Assembly (NCBI GenBank): GCA_963664115.2
Contig: CAXWPJ010000002.1
Span: forward strand, 704,001-768,000
From: Terriglobia bacterium
GTDB taxonomy: Bacteria > Acidobacteriota > Terriglobia > 20CM-2-55-15
Length of the DNA: 64,000 nucleotides
Reading direction: 5' to 3'
Below the pieces are notes generated by a model. The model saw nothing but the letters and a program-made list of their open reading frames with translations. It searched no databases and was not told the origin of the DNA. The translations under genes were made by a program, and so were the position numbers. Below, piece after piece: positions 42,349 through 53,313 of this stretch. The stretch's first letter is position 1. Every line of letters begins with the position of its first letter.

Positions 42349-43851
42349 TCGTTAATTACCAACTATCTTCCTGTGTGTCACTTCAGCACGTCACTCTTTT
42401 CAGCCTCCTCGATGTATCGCTGCACATCTTCTTCGAGGAGCAGACGTTCGGACATCAACTGACGTGCGACATCTGTGACAGCCTGGACGTAGCCACCGTG
42501 AGTTCCGTATCGTTCCTCCAAGGACAAACGCGGGTCACCAGCCCCCAATCGCTCGGCCTCGGTCTTCGCAAAGGGAATGCTCTGGCCAGCCCCCTCGCAT
42601 CCGTCGTTGAGCCCCAAACCCTCACGGCGCAAAGCCCAGCCCGTTGTCGTTGCCAGCGGTGCTGCCACAGGTGGCAGCCGGATACCCGCAATTTCGTTCC
42701 CATCCTGATCCGTCTTAGCGACGAAGGATGGATAGGTCGGCCTATCGGCAAACGAGGGTGGGTATTTCGTTATGATTCCTTCGTCAAACGACGGGCCGAA
42801 GTCGAACAGGTAGCGAGTGGTGATAAGACCCGTATAGGTGACACCCGGAATGTTCGGGAATCCCAATGCGGCCTGGGGCACTAGTCCGGTCATTCTCGTC
42901 GATTGGGGCTCCGAGAACACCGCCGTATCATCCGACACTCTTGGTACGCGACTGTCAGGTGGTGCGAGGTCCTCCGTAACCCACTGATCGAGAGCTACGA
43001 ACAGGGCTCGCAGGGCTGGCCCCGGATCGGTCGGGTTGCGGGGCTGTTGACACAAGCCTAGACCTTCAGCTCCTCCCCCATGTTGCATCCCGGCGATGAG
43101 ATAGAACCGAACGTGGTCAGGGTCTGGCAGATCGTTCCCCTCAGTGTCGGTATGCAGCAACGATCCGGCTTTAACCCAATACTCGTTGGCCGAGTTGACC
43201 TCAAACGCTTTGGGACAGGTATTTGTTGCCAGACAACGTTCGGCGCGACCGCCCTTCTTGCCAGACACTGGATCTTCGATCACTGGATAGGCGAATGGGA
43301 AGATTCCCTCCGGGTACAAATGATTCTGGCGATTGTGTTCCGTTCGGGCCGTCTGTGCAAACCGGTAGTTGATGGCCACACCGCTACCTCCGGCCACCCA
43401 GTTCTCTATACCGTCTATGACGCGGCGCCCGGACTCGTCTTCGTTGAACCCAAGCGTCTGGAAATCATTCAGGTAGCGCCCCGGCTGCGAGCGCGCCCAT
43501 GCAAAAGTGTGCTGCACGTCCCCTGCGAGAGGGTTCGGATTGCCAAAGTTGTCCTCCGAGGCATACCGCAGGAAAGATACGAAATCCCGTGTGGCTGCCA
43601 GTCCCAGTCCTGCCACTAGCGGGTCTTTCGCAATGTAGGCAAATTCGTAGATGTAGCCCTGCGCGAGTGGGGTACCAGCCGGCAGTAGACGAATGGTCTG
43701 CTCATCGACGTATTCCCAGTCGCTTCGAGGAACGCTCATTGGCTTATCGTTGAGGAACTGTCTTACTGTGAGCGTCGCCTGCGTCTTGTCCAGTGTGCTC
43801 GCTGCGTAGGCGAGCCGGGACGTCATGGTAGAGGCATCGCTGACACTGATG

Positions 43852-45236
43852 GAGTTATAACCGAATCTGGTGTTTGAGGGATTGAATAAGAGCGGCGTAT
43901 CTGGTTGATTTGTTGTGACAAAACTTCAAAGCAACCATAGGAGATACGCCACTGTGAGCAAGAGTAACGTGAATGGACCGGAAGGTCGAGAAACGATTGA
44001 GGATCCAGTAACAGAACTACTACGAGTTGGGGCACAGCAACTGATCCAACGCGCAGTGGAAGCCGAATTGGCAGAGCTGCTATCCCAGCACGGTGGCCGG
44101 CGAACTGAGACAGGAAACGCCGGGGTGGTACGCAACGGTTATCTGCCGGAACGCGAACTGCAGACGGGATTGGGTCCGGTAACAGTCCAAATCCCGAAGG
44201 TCCGTGCCAAGACGGGCGAAGCTGTGACGTTCCGATCGGCCCTGGTACCACCGTACATTCGGAAGACGAAGTCGCTGGAAGCAGCGGTGCCGTGGTTGTA
44301 TTTGAAAGGCGTTTCCAGCGGCGAGATGGGTGAGGCCCTAAAAGTTCTTGTCGGTCCCCAGGCGCAGGGTCTGTCGGCGAGCACGGTATCGCGGTTGAAA
44401 CAGGTTTGGGGCGAACAGTACCGCCTCGGATGCGAGGAGCGTTTGGATGCAGATCGCTGGGTCTATGTCTGGGCCGACGGCATCTACAGCGGACTTCGGG
44501 CGGAACAAACCAAGTTGTGTGCATTGGTCGTGATCGGCGTGAATGAACGCGGAGAGAAGCGTTTCCTGGCGATCGAAGACGGTGTACGGGAATCGACACA
44601 GAGTTGGCGCGAGGTCTTGTTGAAGCTGAAGTCCCGTGGGATGAATGTTCCGAAGTTGGCCATCGGTGACGGTGCGATGGGGTTCTGGGCCGCACTGGAG
44701 GAAATCTATCCCGAGACACGTCAACAACGTTGCTGGATGCACAAAGTCATGAACGTCCTCAACTGCCTGCCCAAGTCGGTCCAGGCGAAGGCGAAACAGG
44801 CCCTGCACTCGATCTGGCAGGCCGAGACGAAGGCAGACGCCGAGAAGGCATTCGACTTGTTCATTGAAACCTATGAACCGAAGTATCCGAAAGCCACACT
44901 CTGCCTGCAGAAAGACAGAGAGGAACTGCTGGCCTTTTACGACTTTCCGGCCAAGCACTGGCAGAGCATCAGAACGACGAATCCCATTGAGTCGACCTTT
45001 GCCACCATTCGACACCGAACGAAGCGATCCAGAGGTTGCCTGACACGGGATGGCATGCTGCACATGATGTTCAAACTGGGCCAGTGCGCTGAGAACAATT
45101 GGCGACGATTACGAGGATTCGATGATCTGAGCAAGGTAATCATCGGAGTGAAATTCAACGATGGTGTCGAAGCGACACAAGTCGATCAGGCCGCCGCTTG
45201 AATCAATCTCCTAAACACCACTTTTGACAATAACTC
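43852..45236 (+). mobile_element. IS256 family insertion sequence
   Basis: Inverted repeats GAGTTATaaccgAAtcTGGTGTTT and GAGTTATtgtcaAAagTGGTGTTT; 9-bp target duplication ACACTGATG at 43843-43851 and 45237-45245. Confidence 0.95.
43915..45201 (+). CDS. IS256 family transposase
   Basis: RNGY, WADG, IGDG, QRCWMHK and RTTNPIES motifs; the true start may be GTG 43954. Confidence 0.95.
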   Translation: MTKLQSNHRRYATVSKSNVNGPEGRETIEDPVTELLRVGAQQLIQRAVEAELAELLSQHGGRRTETGNAGVVRNGYLPERELQTGLGPVTVQIPKVRAKTGEAVTFRSALVPPYIRKTKSLEAAVPWLYLKGVSSGEMGEALKVLVGPQAQGLSASTVSRLKQVWGEQYRLGCEERLDADRWVYVWADGIYSGLRAEQTKLCALVVIGVNERGEKRFLAIEDGVRESTQSWREVLLKLKSRGMNVPKLAIGDGAMGFWAALEEIYPETRQQRCWMHKVMNVLNCLPKSVQAKAKQALHSIWQAETKADAEKAFDLFIETYEPKYPKATLCLQKDREELLAFYDFPAKHWQSIRTTNPIESTFATIRHRTKRSRGCLTRDGMLHMMFKLGQCAENNWRRLRGFDDLSKVIIGVKFNDGVEATQVDQAAA

Positions 45237-45960
45237 ACACTGATGTACTCGTACGAGGATCCCGTGATTGAGGAACCGTCAGCGTCACGCGCTACTGGCA
45301 CCGTGATTGTCAGGCGGTCGTCACCGGGAGCGGTAGAAGTGTCCCAACCGCCCCACACCAGCGTGTAGCCACGCTGCATGAGGAATCCCTCGCCCGCATC
45401 GGTGGCTGTCGTCGGATCGTTCGTTTCAGGACTGTTGTTAAGCCCCGAAAATCGCTTTCTGCCTCGATTGTTCACTTCCATGAAAAGCTTGTGACTGCCT
45501 TGCCGCAAATCTACGGGCTTCAGGATGTAGACATCGATCGAGTACTCGACCATGCCGTTCGCGTTCCGCGGCGCAAACTCTATATCTGTAATGACTGCAT
45601 TACGCGGATCGGTGGGGTCCACCTCGCCGTAGGCCACGCCTCGCAGCTTCTCGTACGGGCCAACGGCGCCAAACCTTTGGCCTTCAAATGTTGGCGATTC
45701 CACGCTGGTAATCTCTATGCGCACGATGTGTGCTTGAACAGAACTCACGCTGATCACCGTGATCCAAACCAACACCAAAAAACTCACAGCCCCTCTCCGA
45801 TGAGTGCCTGAAGATCCGTCACCTGCAATCAGCCTCGTGAGCATGGTTCCTCCCTCCCGGTAGCGTGCACCGGGGTTTCCTTATGCGAGTCCGACGTCAA
45901 TTTCATCAGCACAGATGTTTCTGCACTGTGGATCCAGATAAGAATAGTCTTGTCTGAACC

Positions 45961-46021
45961 ATCCCATCCTTACCCAAGAGCAAGGCATCTCGTAATGGCC
46001 GAGTTGAGTTCTGGATTTCAT
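45961..46021 (-). pseudogene. Degenerate kinase N-terminal stub
   Basis: MKSRTQLGHYE followed, after a frameshift, by LLGKDGM. Confidence 0.7.
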
Positions 46022-46115
46022 TATTTAATGTGCACCGAAACGAGCCGTGAAAATCTCGGTAAAGAATACTAAGGGAGGAAGTTAGGTGCTATTAAATTCT
46101 CAAACATTAAATTCT

Positions 46116-46205
46116 AAAATCCTGACAAACGACCTTCTCGGACTGTTAGAAAAGGTCCTAAAAACGGGGTTCTCAAGGTCCGAGAAGATGATTTCTCGGG
46201 ACTTA
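46116..46205. repeat. Inverted pair of R copies
   Basis: 46116-46152 resembles the reverse complement of R; 46169-46205 is a forward R. Confidence 0.75.
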
Positions 46206-46231
46206 AGAATGGTGAGATCACTGAGAGAGGC

Positions 46232-46405
46232 TTAAACGTCCCACAAGACGCACTTGTACCAGTCGGTCCGTATTTGCGTTTGGCCGGTGCCGTCTTTCCA
46301 GTATTCGTTTGTCGCGATGGAGAAATTCAGGATGGGTGTCCCGCTTTGGGTGTATCGCAGCTCGGCGTGATGTCCAACGTGTCCGGTCAGTGACACTTGG
46401 TTCAT
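46232..46405 (-). pseudogene. ssb: Truncated single-stranded DNA-binding protein
   Basis: MNQVSLTGHVGHHAELRYTQSGTPILNFSIATNEYWKD...RTDWYKCVLWDV*, the N-terminal half of an SSB OB fold. Confidence 0.8.
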
Positions 46406-46451
46406 GTGTAGAACCCCCGTTTTAGATCCAATTTGTTATTCTGATTGCACT

Positions 46452-46643
46452 ATGACGAAAATTGAATTGATCCAAGATGCAATCGGGCAGCTCGAAACGG
46501 CATTGACCGAGCTGACCAATGCGAAGCAAACCGTCGACTACGACCCGGACAAAAACTTTACAGGGAACGTTGCGAACCGACTGAATGACGCCGCGATATT
46601 CATCAATGTCGCTCTCGCAGATATAGCGGAAGCCCGGAATTAA
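46452..46643 (+). CDS. Small hypothetical protein, possibly of phage or plasmid origin
   Basis: Short helical ORF MTKIELIQDAIG... divergent from the ssb remnant. Confidence 0.4.
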   Translation: MTKIELIQDAIGQLETALTELTNAKQTVDYDPDKNFTGNVANRLNDAAIFINVALADIAEARN

Positions 46644-47034
46644 AGCGGACCATATTCCTTTTAACCACCTGTGCAAAAAAGAGTTCGCAGGATACTCATT
46701 ATGCGACGTTCTCCGGTTCTTACTAAAGCCAGGTCCTTTCCGCGCCCCCGGCTCTTCTTCCGGGCCTATCGAGCCGGGTGGGGGTCAGCCATCTTGATCA
46801 GCCGCCTACCGCGCACGACGGCTTCGACAATCGGAGTAACGCGATTTTCCATCGCGTCCGCCGATAACCGTTACAGACCGAACAGAGCCGCAATCCGATA
46901 CGTTGCGCTACTTTTTTGCTGACATGGCGTCGGATCGAACCGACAAATGCGTGAGGGTGGTTTGCGTGGCTGGCTGGGAGCGTAATTTTGGGACATATTA
47001 ATGGGCCCGATTTTTAGAATTTTTTAGGAATTCC

Positions 47035-47325
47035 AATTCTCAATGTCCGCGAAGATGATTTATCAGGACTTGACCTCGAAAATCAGGGCACTGGCACCCG
47101 TTCCTTGAGTTCTTCAAACCTCTTCGAACCAGGTCTAGAGAGAGACGGTTACTGAATGTTCTGGTCGAGCGGTGCTCCGCTCTGAGAAAAGATGGTGGGG
47201 TTTGTTGGATGCCAGTTATCCGCTGCAAGGACGATACAGGACTTGACCTCGAAAATCAGGGACTGGCACCCGTTCCTTGAGTTCTTCAAACCTCTTCGAA
47301 CCAGGTCTAGAGAGAGACGGTTACC
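47035..47325. repeat. Two tandem R plus kinase-tail units
   Basis: CAGGACTTGACCTCGAAAATCAGGG..TGGCACCCGTTCCTTGAGTTCTTCAAACCTCTTCGAACCAGGTCTAGAGAGAGACGGTTAC occurs twice (about 47064-47152 and 47237-47324). Confidence 0.9.
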
Positions 47326-47685
47326 TGAGAAAAGAATTGCAAAATCCTCGCCGAAGACTGCCCCGCTGTCCCACTGAACAGGACGATCTCGGTCGACCAC
47401 CCCCCCCCCCGAATCAACAATGTGAGGAAAGTAGGTGTCTTCGCTCGGCGGTGCGCCCACCCCCGAGCGGCTGAAATAAGTTGAACTCAGACATCCGCAC
47501 TGCCATCCGGGAACCACGGGACTCTTCATTTCGCGGCCTCAAAAATTTGACGGCCGCGCGGTCTCCAGACCCGCATGTCTCAGAGACTTGACCGCCGTTC
47601 CCTGCGCTAATAGGTTCGTAAGGCAGGCCCGGGCGGCACCAGAATTGAGATTTTGAATTTCCTATAGATTGAATTTCGAGACTTA

Positions 47686-49248
47686 TTAGGCCCCGCCCTC
47701 CAGCGCAGCCTGTTGCTGCATTGCAGCCGGTCCGACGATCCGCTCAAAATCGGCATTCAGCCCCGGCTGACCGTGAATGGGGACATGCGTCGTAACGTCC
47801 AAATTCAGCCGCCTAATGTTGTTATACAACGCAACCGCGTTGGCGCCGACATTTGCTGGTGGCTGTGCACCGGCAGGCGGCGGACTCCAGAGATCCGCGT
47901 TAATCAGAATCTGCTCTTCCGGCAAATAGGCGATCAGCATATCTGCCGCGTGATTGAGATTTTGCACGTTAAAGAGAAGAAGCGTGCGATCTCCATCACT
48001 GATGAAATGCCGGTCCGTGACGGTTTCCAGCGCGACCGGTCCGGGCCCAGTGGTGGCGAGCGGATTCCGGGATAGCGTGTCGGGACTTAAGGTCCGTATC
48101 TGCGACGCAAAGACCGCGTCCCTAAAGAAATCCTCGTTGCTTTCATGCGTAACCACGGTCACGCCGTGAGCGACATAGGTCCGCGCACCGCCTAGATGGT
48201 CCCAATGGTGATGGGTAGTGACTAGATAGCGGATGGCTTTACCCGGAATAAGCCTTTTAATTTCGGCAATCACGGGGAGTGAGCGCGCTTCATTCTGCGG
48301 AGCGTCGACGACGGTGACAAAATCATCGAACTCAATCGCCACGCTATTATGCGAACCACCAGCCATGAGCCACACGCCGTCGGCAACTTCCTGCGCTGCT
48401 ACATTGACCTGTGGCTCCGGCGCGTAGCGTACGCCGTCAGGAACCGTCAGGGCGGCGCCGGCGACATTAGCACTTGCTTCACCTACTTCAAGATTTAGCC
48501 AGTTCATTCCCGGCCGGGCCGTCAACAGATGATCGCCACGGTGGCCGTGAAACAGGAACGGAAACATTATTCCATTGCCGATGTCCTGCCATTCCGCATA
48601 GCGGATCTCTATCTGCATATCGCCCATAACAGGATTAGGAATCTGCGTGATAAGGCGCTCCATCAAGTTTTCGTCGTTGAATTCGCCCGAAACGCGGTAA
48701 CCCATGGTCGTAAATGCGACGACCTTTAAAGTGCGATCCTCGGAGGCCACGTAACGGTCTACGACGGTTACATCGTCGGCTGCCAGCGCCGATTTGATAA
48801 ATCCATGCGGGCTGATTGCGATCATGAATTTGCCAAGCTCCGCAGTTGAAGTGGCTTGCGCAGTGGGTTCTCCGTCGTTGTTCAGCGTCCAGGCATAGTC
48901 GCCGCTTATGAAACCCAAATTCCGCCTTTCGCCGATAATGGGTGATCTGCCGCCGCCGCGCGCGGGATAGTCGCCCTGAACGCGAACAAATTCTTCCCGC
49001 GACGAACCGGAAGAATAATCAATGGTCATGTCGTAGCTCTGCAAGACATGGCGCGGCCAGTCTTCGCCGTCGGCAAAATTCTGTCCCACCGCGCCCATCC
49101 AGCCCGAGCCCGAATATTGGACCGAATTTACCGAACTCGCGCCGATGGCGTTATCCGCCGCTTCCAAAAAGCTTGCTGCATCCTGAGCAGCTGCCGGCCC
49201 GGCCATCAAAGCCGAAGCAACCAGCCATATCCCTAGTTTGTTTCTCAT
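47686..49248 (-). CDS. Secreted MBL-fold metallo-hydrolase (cargo)
   Basis: Signal peptide; SHNS, THHHWDHLGG, HA.DM, AD and PIHG motifs. Confidence 0.88.
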   Translation of the reverse strand: MRNKLGIWLVASALMAGPAAAQDAASFLEAADNAIGASSVNSVQYSGSGWMGAVGQNFADGEDWPRHVLQSYDMTIDYSSGSSREEFVRVQGDYPARGGGRSPIIGERRNLGFISGDYAWTLNNDGEPTAQATSTAELGKFMIAISPHGFIKSALAADDVTVVDRYVASEDRTLKVVAFTTMGYRVSGEFNDENLMERLITQIPNPVMGDMQIEIRYAEWQDIGNGIMFPFLFHGHRGDHLLTARPGMNWLNLEVGEASANVAGAALTVPDGVRYAPEPQVNVAAQEVADGVWLMAGGSHNSVAIEFDDFVTVVDAPQNEARSLPVIAEIKRLIPGKAIRYLVTTHHHWDHLGGARTYVAHGVTVVTHESNEDFFRDAVFASQIRTLSPDTLSRNPLATTGPGPVALETVTDRHFISDGDRTLLLFNVQNLNHAADMLIAYLPEEQILINADLWSPPPAGAQPPANVGANAVALYNNIRRLNLDVTTHVPIHGQPGLNADFERIVGPAAMQQQAALEGGA

Positions 49249-49400
49249 ACCCCATCCTCCCGGCGGATTTTCAATTTTCTGCTGCGGCCTTCCGCTCCTG
49301 CATTACACGGAGACTACTCAACATCTGAACTTTAGCTTACCTTCGAAAGTGACCATTCATCTACTCAATAAAGGGTGTGTGGCGCGCCAGGGCCAAAACC

Positions 49401-49616
49401 TCACGTCATTCCTAGATTGCACGAGCCCTTGCCCGCCTCCCGCAGTCGCTGAGCCTGCTCGCGGTCAAAGATTCGCCGAGGCCGTCCAGAGGGTTTGCCT
49501 TCCTTCCTGGCACGTTCCAACCTGTCGGTGGCGCGGTAGGCCTCGCCCACACCCCCTTTACCGAGTGGGCCGGTGATCTCGTAGGGACCGAGTTTTGTGC
49601 CTCTCGCAAGGGCCAT
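49401..49616 (-). pseudogene. Kinase N-terminal stub fused to a resolvase/invertase-like C-terminal fragment
   Basis: MALARGTKLGPYEITGPLGKGGVGEAYRATD joined to RLERARKEGKPSGRPRR. Confidence 0.75.
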
Positions 49617-49909
49617 GAACTCTCTACCTCACTACTGTCGCTTGTAAACTGAAAAAGCTGGAGAAAGTCTATAGAACGAACGGGTTGGAAGCAACGATTG
49701 GAATCAGCAGGATTCTCAACGTCCGACAAGATGATCTATGAAAGGGGATGTCAAGAGAAACAGCTCCCCGATGGCCGGCCAGACGGACACTTTTGTCGTG
49801 ACAGCCAGCCCCTCTACCGTTATGTGAAGCCCTGGTTCCGGCAATCCGGAGCGAAATCGTACATCTTTAAGACGGTCGATTCAGAAACTGAACAGCATAT
49901 GGGACGGCA

Positions 49910-50045
49910 TGTGCCGACCATGGATCTATCTGAGCCTCGAAGGCTATCGCTGTTTCAGGTCGTGCGAGGGGGGATAGAGATTTAAAAGTGTCCTCTGGAC
50001 GTATCCAGGGACCACATCTTGTGCAGATCCTCACCCTCGATCCTC
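49910..50045 (-). ncRNA. Putative bridge/seek RNA of the IS110 element
   Basis: Two stem/internal-loop/hairpin modules whose loop strands match the target (ACAAGAT, TAAATC) and the donor junction (ACAGCGAT, ATAGATC). Boundaries are approximate. Confidence 0.7.
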
Positions 50046-50105
50046 AGTTGTTCCGACTCCGTCTAACGACTCAGTACGGCTCTACCGGTCACGGATCGAA
50101 ACGGC

Positions 50106-51170
50106 TTATGTTGTCATCCAGCTCAGTTTCTTTGGATCGAACGATTCTCCTTTCTTCCAAAGCGTCAGCACCAGTGCGGCGATCTTACGGGCCAGAGTGA
50201 CCCGCGCCATTTCCTCCCGCATCCCACGCATCTGGAGACTCTCCAGATAAATCCGATACGGCTCGCTTTGTTTTCCCGATGCCGCGGCTGAGAAGAACAC
50301 CGACTTCAATCGCCGGTTGCAGTTCGCATTCAATCCGCGTGTGGCCACCGGTTTCCTCCGTCGCACCACACGTCCACTCTGCATCTCATACTCCGCGCTC
50401 ATGTGGGTCACCACACCCAGGCCACTGTAGCTCCAGAACTGCGGTGTCGTGCGGAATCGGTACGGCGTGTCCACGATGGCGACGATCTGTGCCGCCCGAA
50501 CCGGTCCCAGTTGTGGAATGGTCTCGAGCAGTTTCACCGCCTCATGGTGCCGGCCCTCCACTCGCACCGCTTTTCTGGATTGTTTCCGCAGCAACTGGAC
50601 CTGGTCCAGTTCCGCATACAACCATCGGGCGCGCTGCCTCATCCCCGGCTCGGTCAGCTTCTCCAACCACTGTTCGCGCTGACTCGGCCGATAGACTCCG
50701 TCCTTCGGTGTCGGGATCCCCCGTCCCCGGTATATCGCTTTGATCCGCGACATCACCCGTTGCGTGTCCAACTGGAACGTGTCATAGGCCTGCACCAGTT
50801 GCTTCAATTCTCGCGTCGCTTCATGGCCGTGATACACCGAGCGCAACAGTCCCACCCGCAACAGCTCGGCCAGCTTCCGCGCATCCGGCTTATCCCCCTT
50901 CGACCCTTCTTGCATCCACTTGTTCTGTCGCGGATCGCACACCACCACCTCGCTCACCCACGGCCGGATCACTTCCGATAACCAGCCCGCTTGCGTGGTC
51001 TCCTCCAACCCCACGTGCATCGGCCCACTCAATCCCTCCAGCAGCCGTGTGATACTCCCCGCCTCGGTTTCCACGATCGTTTCAAACACCAGTTTGCCGC
51101 TCCCGTCTCTCACCGCAACCACCGTCGTTGCCTGGTGCACATCCATACCCATATACTTGTCTTGTTTCAT
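50106..51170 (-). CDS. IS110 family DEDD recombinase/transposase
   Basis: MGMDVH, EET, KGDKPDARKLA, TIPQLGP, YSGL and H.SA motifs. Confidence 0.93.
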   Translation of the reverse strand: MKQDKYMGMDVHQATTVVAVRDGSGKLVFETIVETEAGSITRLLEGLSGPMHVGLEETTQAGWLSEVIRPWVSEVVVCDPRQNKWMQEGSKGDKPDARKLAELLRVGLLRSVYHGHEATRELKQLVQAYDTFQLDTQRVMSRIKAIYRGRGIPTPKDGVYRPSQREQWLEKLTEPGMRQRARWLYAELDQVQLLRKQSRKAVRVEGRHHEAVKLLETIPQLGPVRAAQIVAIVDTPYRFRTTPQFWSYSGLGVVTHMSAEYEMQSGRVVRRRKPVATRGLNANCNRRLKSVFFSAAASGKQSEPYRIYLESLQMRGMREEMARVTLARKIAALVLTLWKKGESFDPKKLSWMTT

Positions 51171-51588
51171 CTCGAACGCTCCTTTTCTGGGATCAACGCT
51201 GTATACGTTGATCAGGTTGTTGAGTGAGTCTTCTCTCAACAACCCCCAGTCTAGGGGCGTCCTTTCATACTGCGATTTATCAGGACTTGACCCGGCATCT
51301 CTGTCTCCGCCGACTTCCCCGAAGCCGACTTTTGGGTCGTTAATGCTGCCCATTCCTAAACGCTAGGCGACTACTCATTACCTATGCAGTGAAACACCAC
51401 CAAACCCCTTTGAAATTTCGTCGTTACAAAGCGGCCAGCCCTCAGAAAACCCCCTTGCCCTGCACCTTAGGCTTCCGATAATCTGGCTGCTACAATAACG
51501 GGAGAGTAACCTGCGCTTGCTCAGGTTGACCTAATCGGGCCGAGGGCGCGATCCTTTTCGAGAACCGCGAGAACCGGAGGATTTCATC

Positions 51589-53094
51589 ATGAATTCAAGT
51601 CGAATTCCGCGACGGGACTTTCTGAAAGCCTGGGGAGCAGGAACCATGGCTCTTGCTTCGCCTGCAATGGGGCATTCGCTTCTCGCGGCTCAGGCTGGGT
51701 CGCAGGAAACCTATTCGCGTCCCGTGGGGCAGCGAGAGACGACTGTGGCGGAAGACATGGGGACGTGGATTGCGGCGCTTCGGTATGAGGACCTGCCGCC
51801 GGCGGTCGTGGAAAAGGCCAAGCGTGTATTGCTCGATACGGTCGGGTGCGCGCTGGGAGCGGTGGGTGCCGAACCGGTCCGCTTCGCGCAGCAAGCAGTC
51901 TTTCAGCAAGGGGGTCATCCGAGGTCGACCTTGATCGGGCTGGGCCGCAAAGTTTCCTGCGATCAGGCCGCGTTCCTGAACGGAATGGCGATCCGGTATC
52001 TCGATTTCAACGACTATGCACCTCCTGGGGGTCATCCCAGCATCAACGTAGCGCCGGCGCTGGCGGTGGCGGAAATGCGCAACCTGACGGGCAAGGACCT
52101 GCTGCTCGGCGTCACGATCGGCCACGAAGTGCATACCCGGCTCCTGGACGCCACGGAAGGAGGTTCCCTAAGCCGCGGTTGGGACCTGGGGACCATTACG
52201 ACCAATTACGCGTCCGCGGCGGTGGCCGCCAAACTGCTGGACCTCGACGCGTCCAAGATCGCCCATGCCATGGCGATTGCCGGCGCACACGGAAACACGC
52301 TCCGGGAAGTTCGCCGGGGGGCGATGCTCAGCGGCGGCGGAATGACTCCCTCGAAAGGGACCGCCGACCCCATGTCGGCGCGCAATGGAACCTTCGCGGT
52401 GTTTCTGGCGCAGGAGGGTATGACTTACCCGCTGACGATTCTCGAAGGCGTGTATGGGTTCGGAAACAATGTAACCGGGGAACTGCGAGAAGATATCCTG
52501 CGGAAGCGCACGGGTGATTTCCAGATTCTGCAGAGTGGCACCAAGATGTGGCCCTGCTTCCTCCATGGGCAGGGGCCGATCGCGGCAGCGATCGAGGTGC
52601 ACGGCCAGGGAGTGAATCCGGAAGAGATCGAGAGCATCACGGTACTGCTCAACGGGTCTGCGTATGAGAACCAGCAGGCCTACAACAAGGGTGAAATCAC
52701 GACTCGGGAGCAGGCCGACCATAGCATTCCGTATGTGGTGGCTAGGTCGCTTTTGGACGGTAATGTGAGCGTTGAGGACTTCGAAGAGAGCCGCTTCCGA
52801 GACCCACGGGCGATAGCTCTGGTAAATAAGACCACGCTCCGGTTAGAGCCTGCGCTAACGGTAGGCGCGTACGTCGAGGTAAGGCTTCGGAGTGGGGCAG
52901 CACATCGCTCGGAAGTGCCGCATCCGCCGGGCAGTATCCAAAATCCTGCGAGCGACGCAATGCTGATCGAAAAGTTCATGTCCCTAGCGGAAAGGCCCTT
53001 GGGTAGGGGACGTGCCGAATCCGCCGCCGAGGCACTCCTCTTCGTTGACCAGCTCTCCGAGCTCGGTCCGCTGCTGCAAGTTCTTACATCCTAG
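51589..53094 (+). CDS. MmgE/PrpD family protein with Tat signal (cargo)
   Basis: RRDFL, RYLDFND, GHPS, KMWPC and ADHSIPY motifs. Confidence 0.9.
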   Translation: MNSSRIPRRDFLKAWGAGTMALASPAMGHSLLAAQAGSQETYSRPVGQRETTVAEDMGTWIAALRYEDLPPAVVEKAKRVLLDTVGCALGAVGAEPVRFAQQAVFQQGGHPRSTLIGLGRKVSCDQAAFLNGMAIRYLDFNDYAPPGGHPSINVAPALAVAEMRNLTGKDLLLGVTIGHEVHTRLLDATEGGSLSRGWDLGTITTNYASAAVAAKLLDLDASKIAHAMAIAGAHGNTLREVRRGAMLSGGGMTPSKGTADPMSARNGTFAVFLAQEGMTYPLTILEGVYGFGNNVTGELREDILRKRTGDFQILQSGTKMWPCFLHGQGPIAAAIEVHGQGVNPEEIESITVLLNGSAYENQQAYNKGEITTREQADHSIPYVVARSLLDGNVSVEDFEESRFRDPRAIALVNKTTLRLEPALTVGAYVEVRLRSGAAHRSEVPHPPGSIQNPASDAMLIEKFMSLAERPLGRGRAESAAEALLFVDQLSELGPLLQVLTS

Positions 53095-53313
53095 GGTATT
53101 GCTCGGCACGCCGTTCTGGAGCAGGATGAGATCGACCGCCGACCCGGGTTTCTTTGGGTTTCAACTTGGGCAAAACCTCCTGCGGACGGCGATTGCCCCT
53201 GGGTGACGCCGTTTCGTTTACCGATCCACATGCAACGCCCCAGAAGTCGGCTTCTGGCGAGCAGCCCTAGCTTTAGAACGAGCGGATTGGAAGCAATGAT
53301 TTCAGTCGGCAGG

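Larger units (their letters stand above)
42378..45844 (-). pseudogene. Secreted alpha/beta-hydrolase domain protein interrupted by IS256 (cargo)
   Basis: N-part 45237-45844 (signal peptide, EVNNRG) and C-part 42378-43851 (RSQPGR, EYW, GNEIAGIRLP) rejoin when the IS is removed. Confidence 0.88.
49736..51273 (-). mobile_element. IS110 family (IS1111-like) element inserted into repeat R
   Basis: Subterminal inverted repeats TATGAAAGG (49737-49745) and CCTTTCATA (51261-51269); GAT core at both junctions; the flanks rejoin to give an R copy; long non-coding region downstream of the transposase. Confidence 0.9.
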
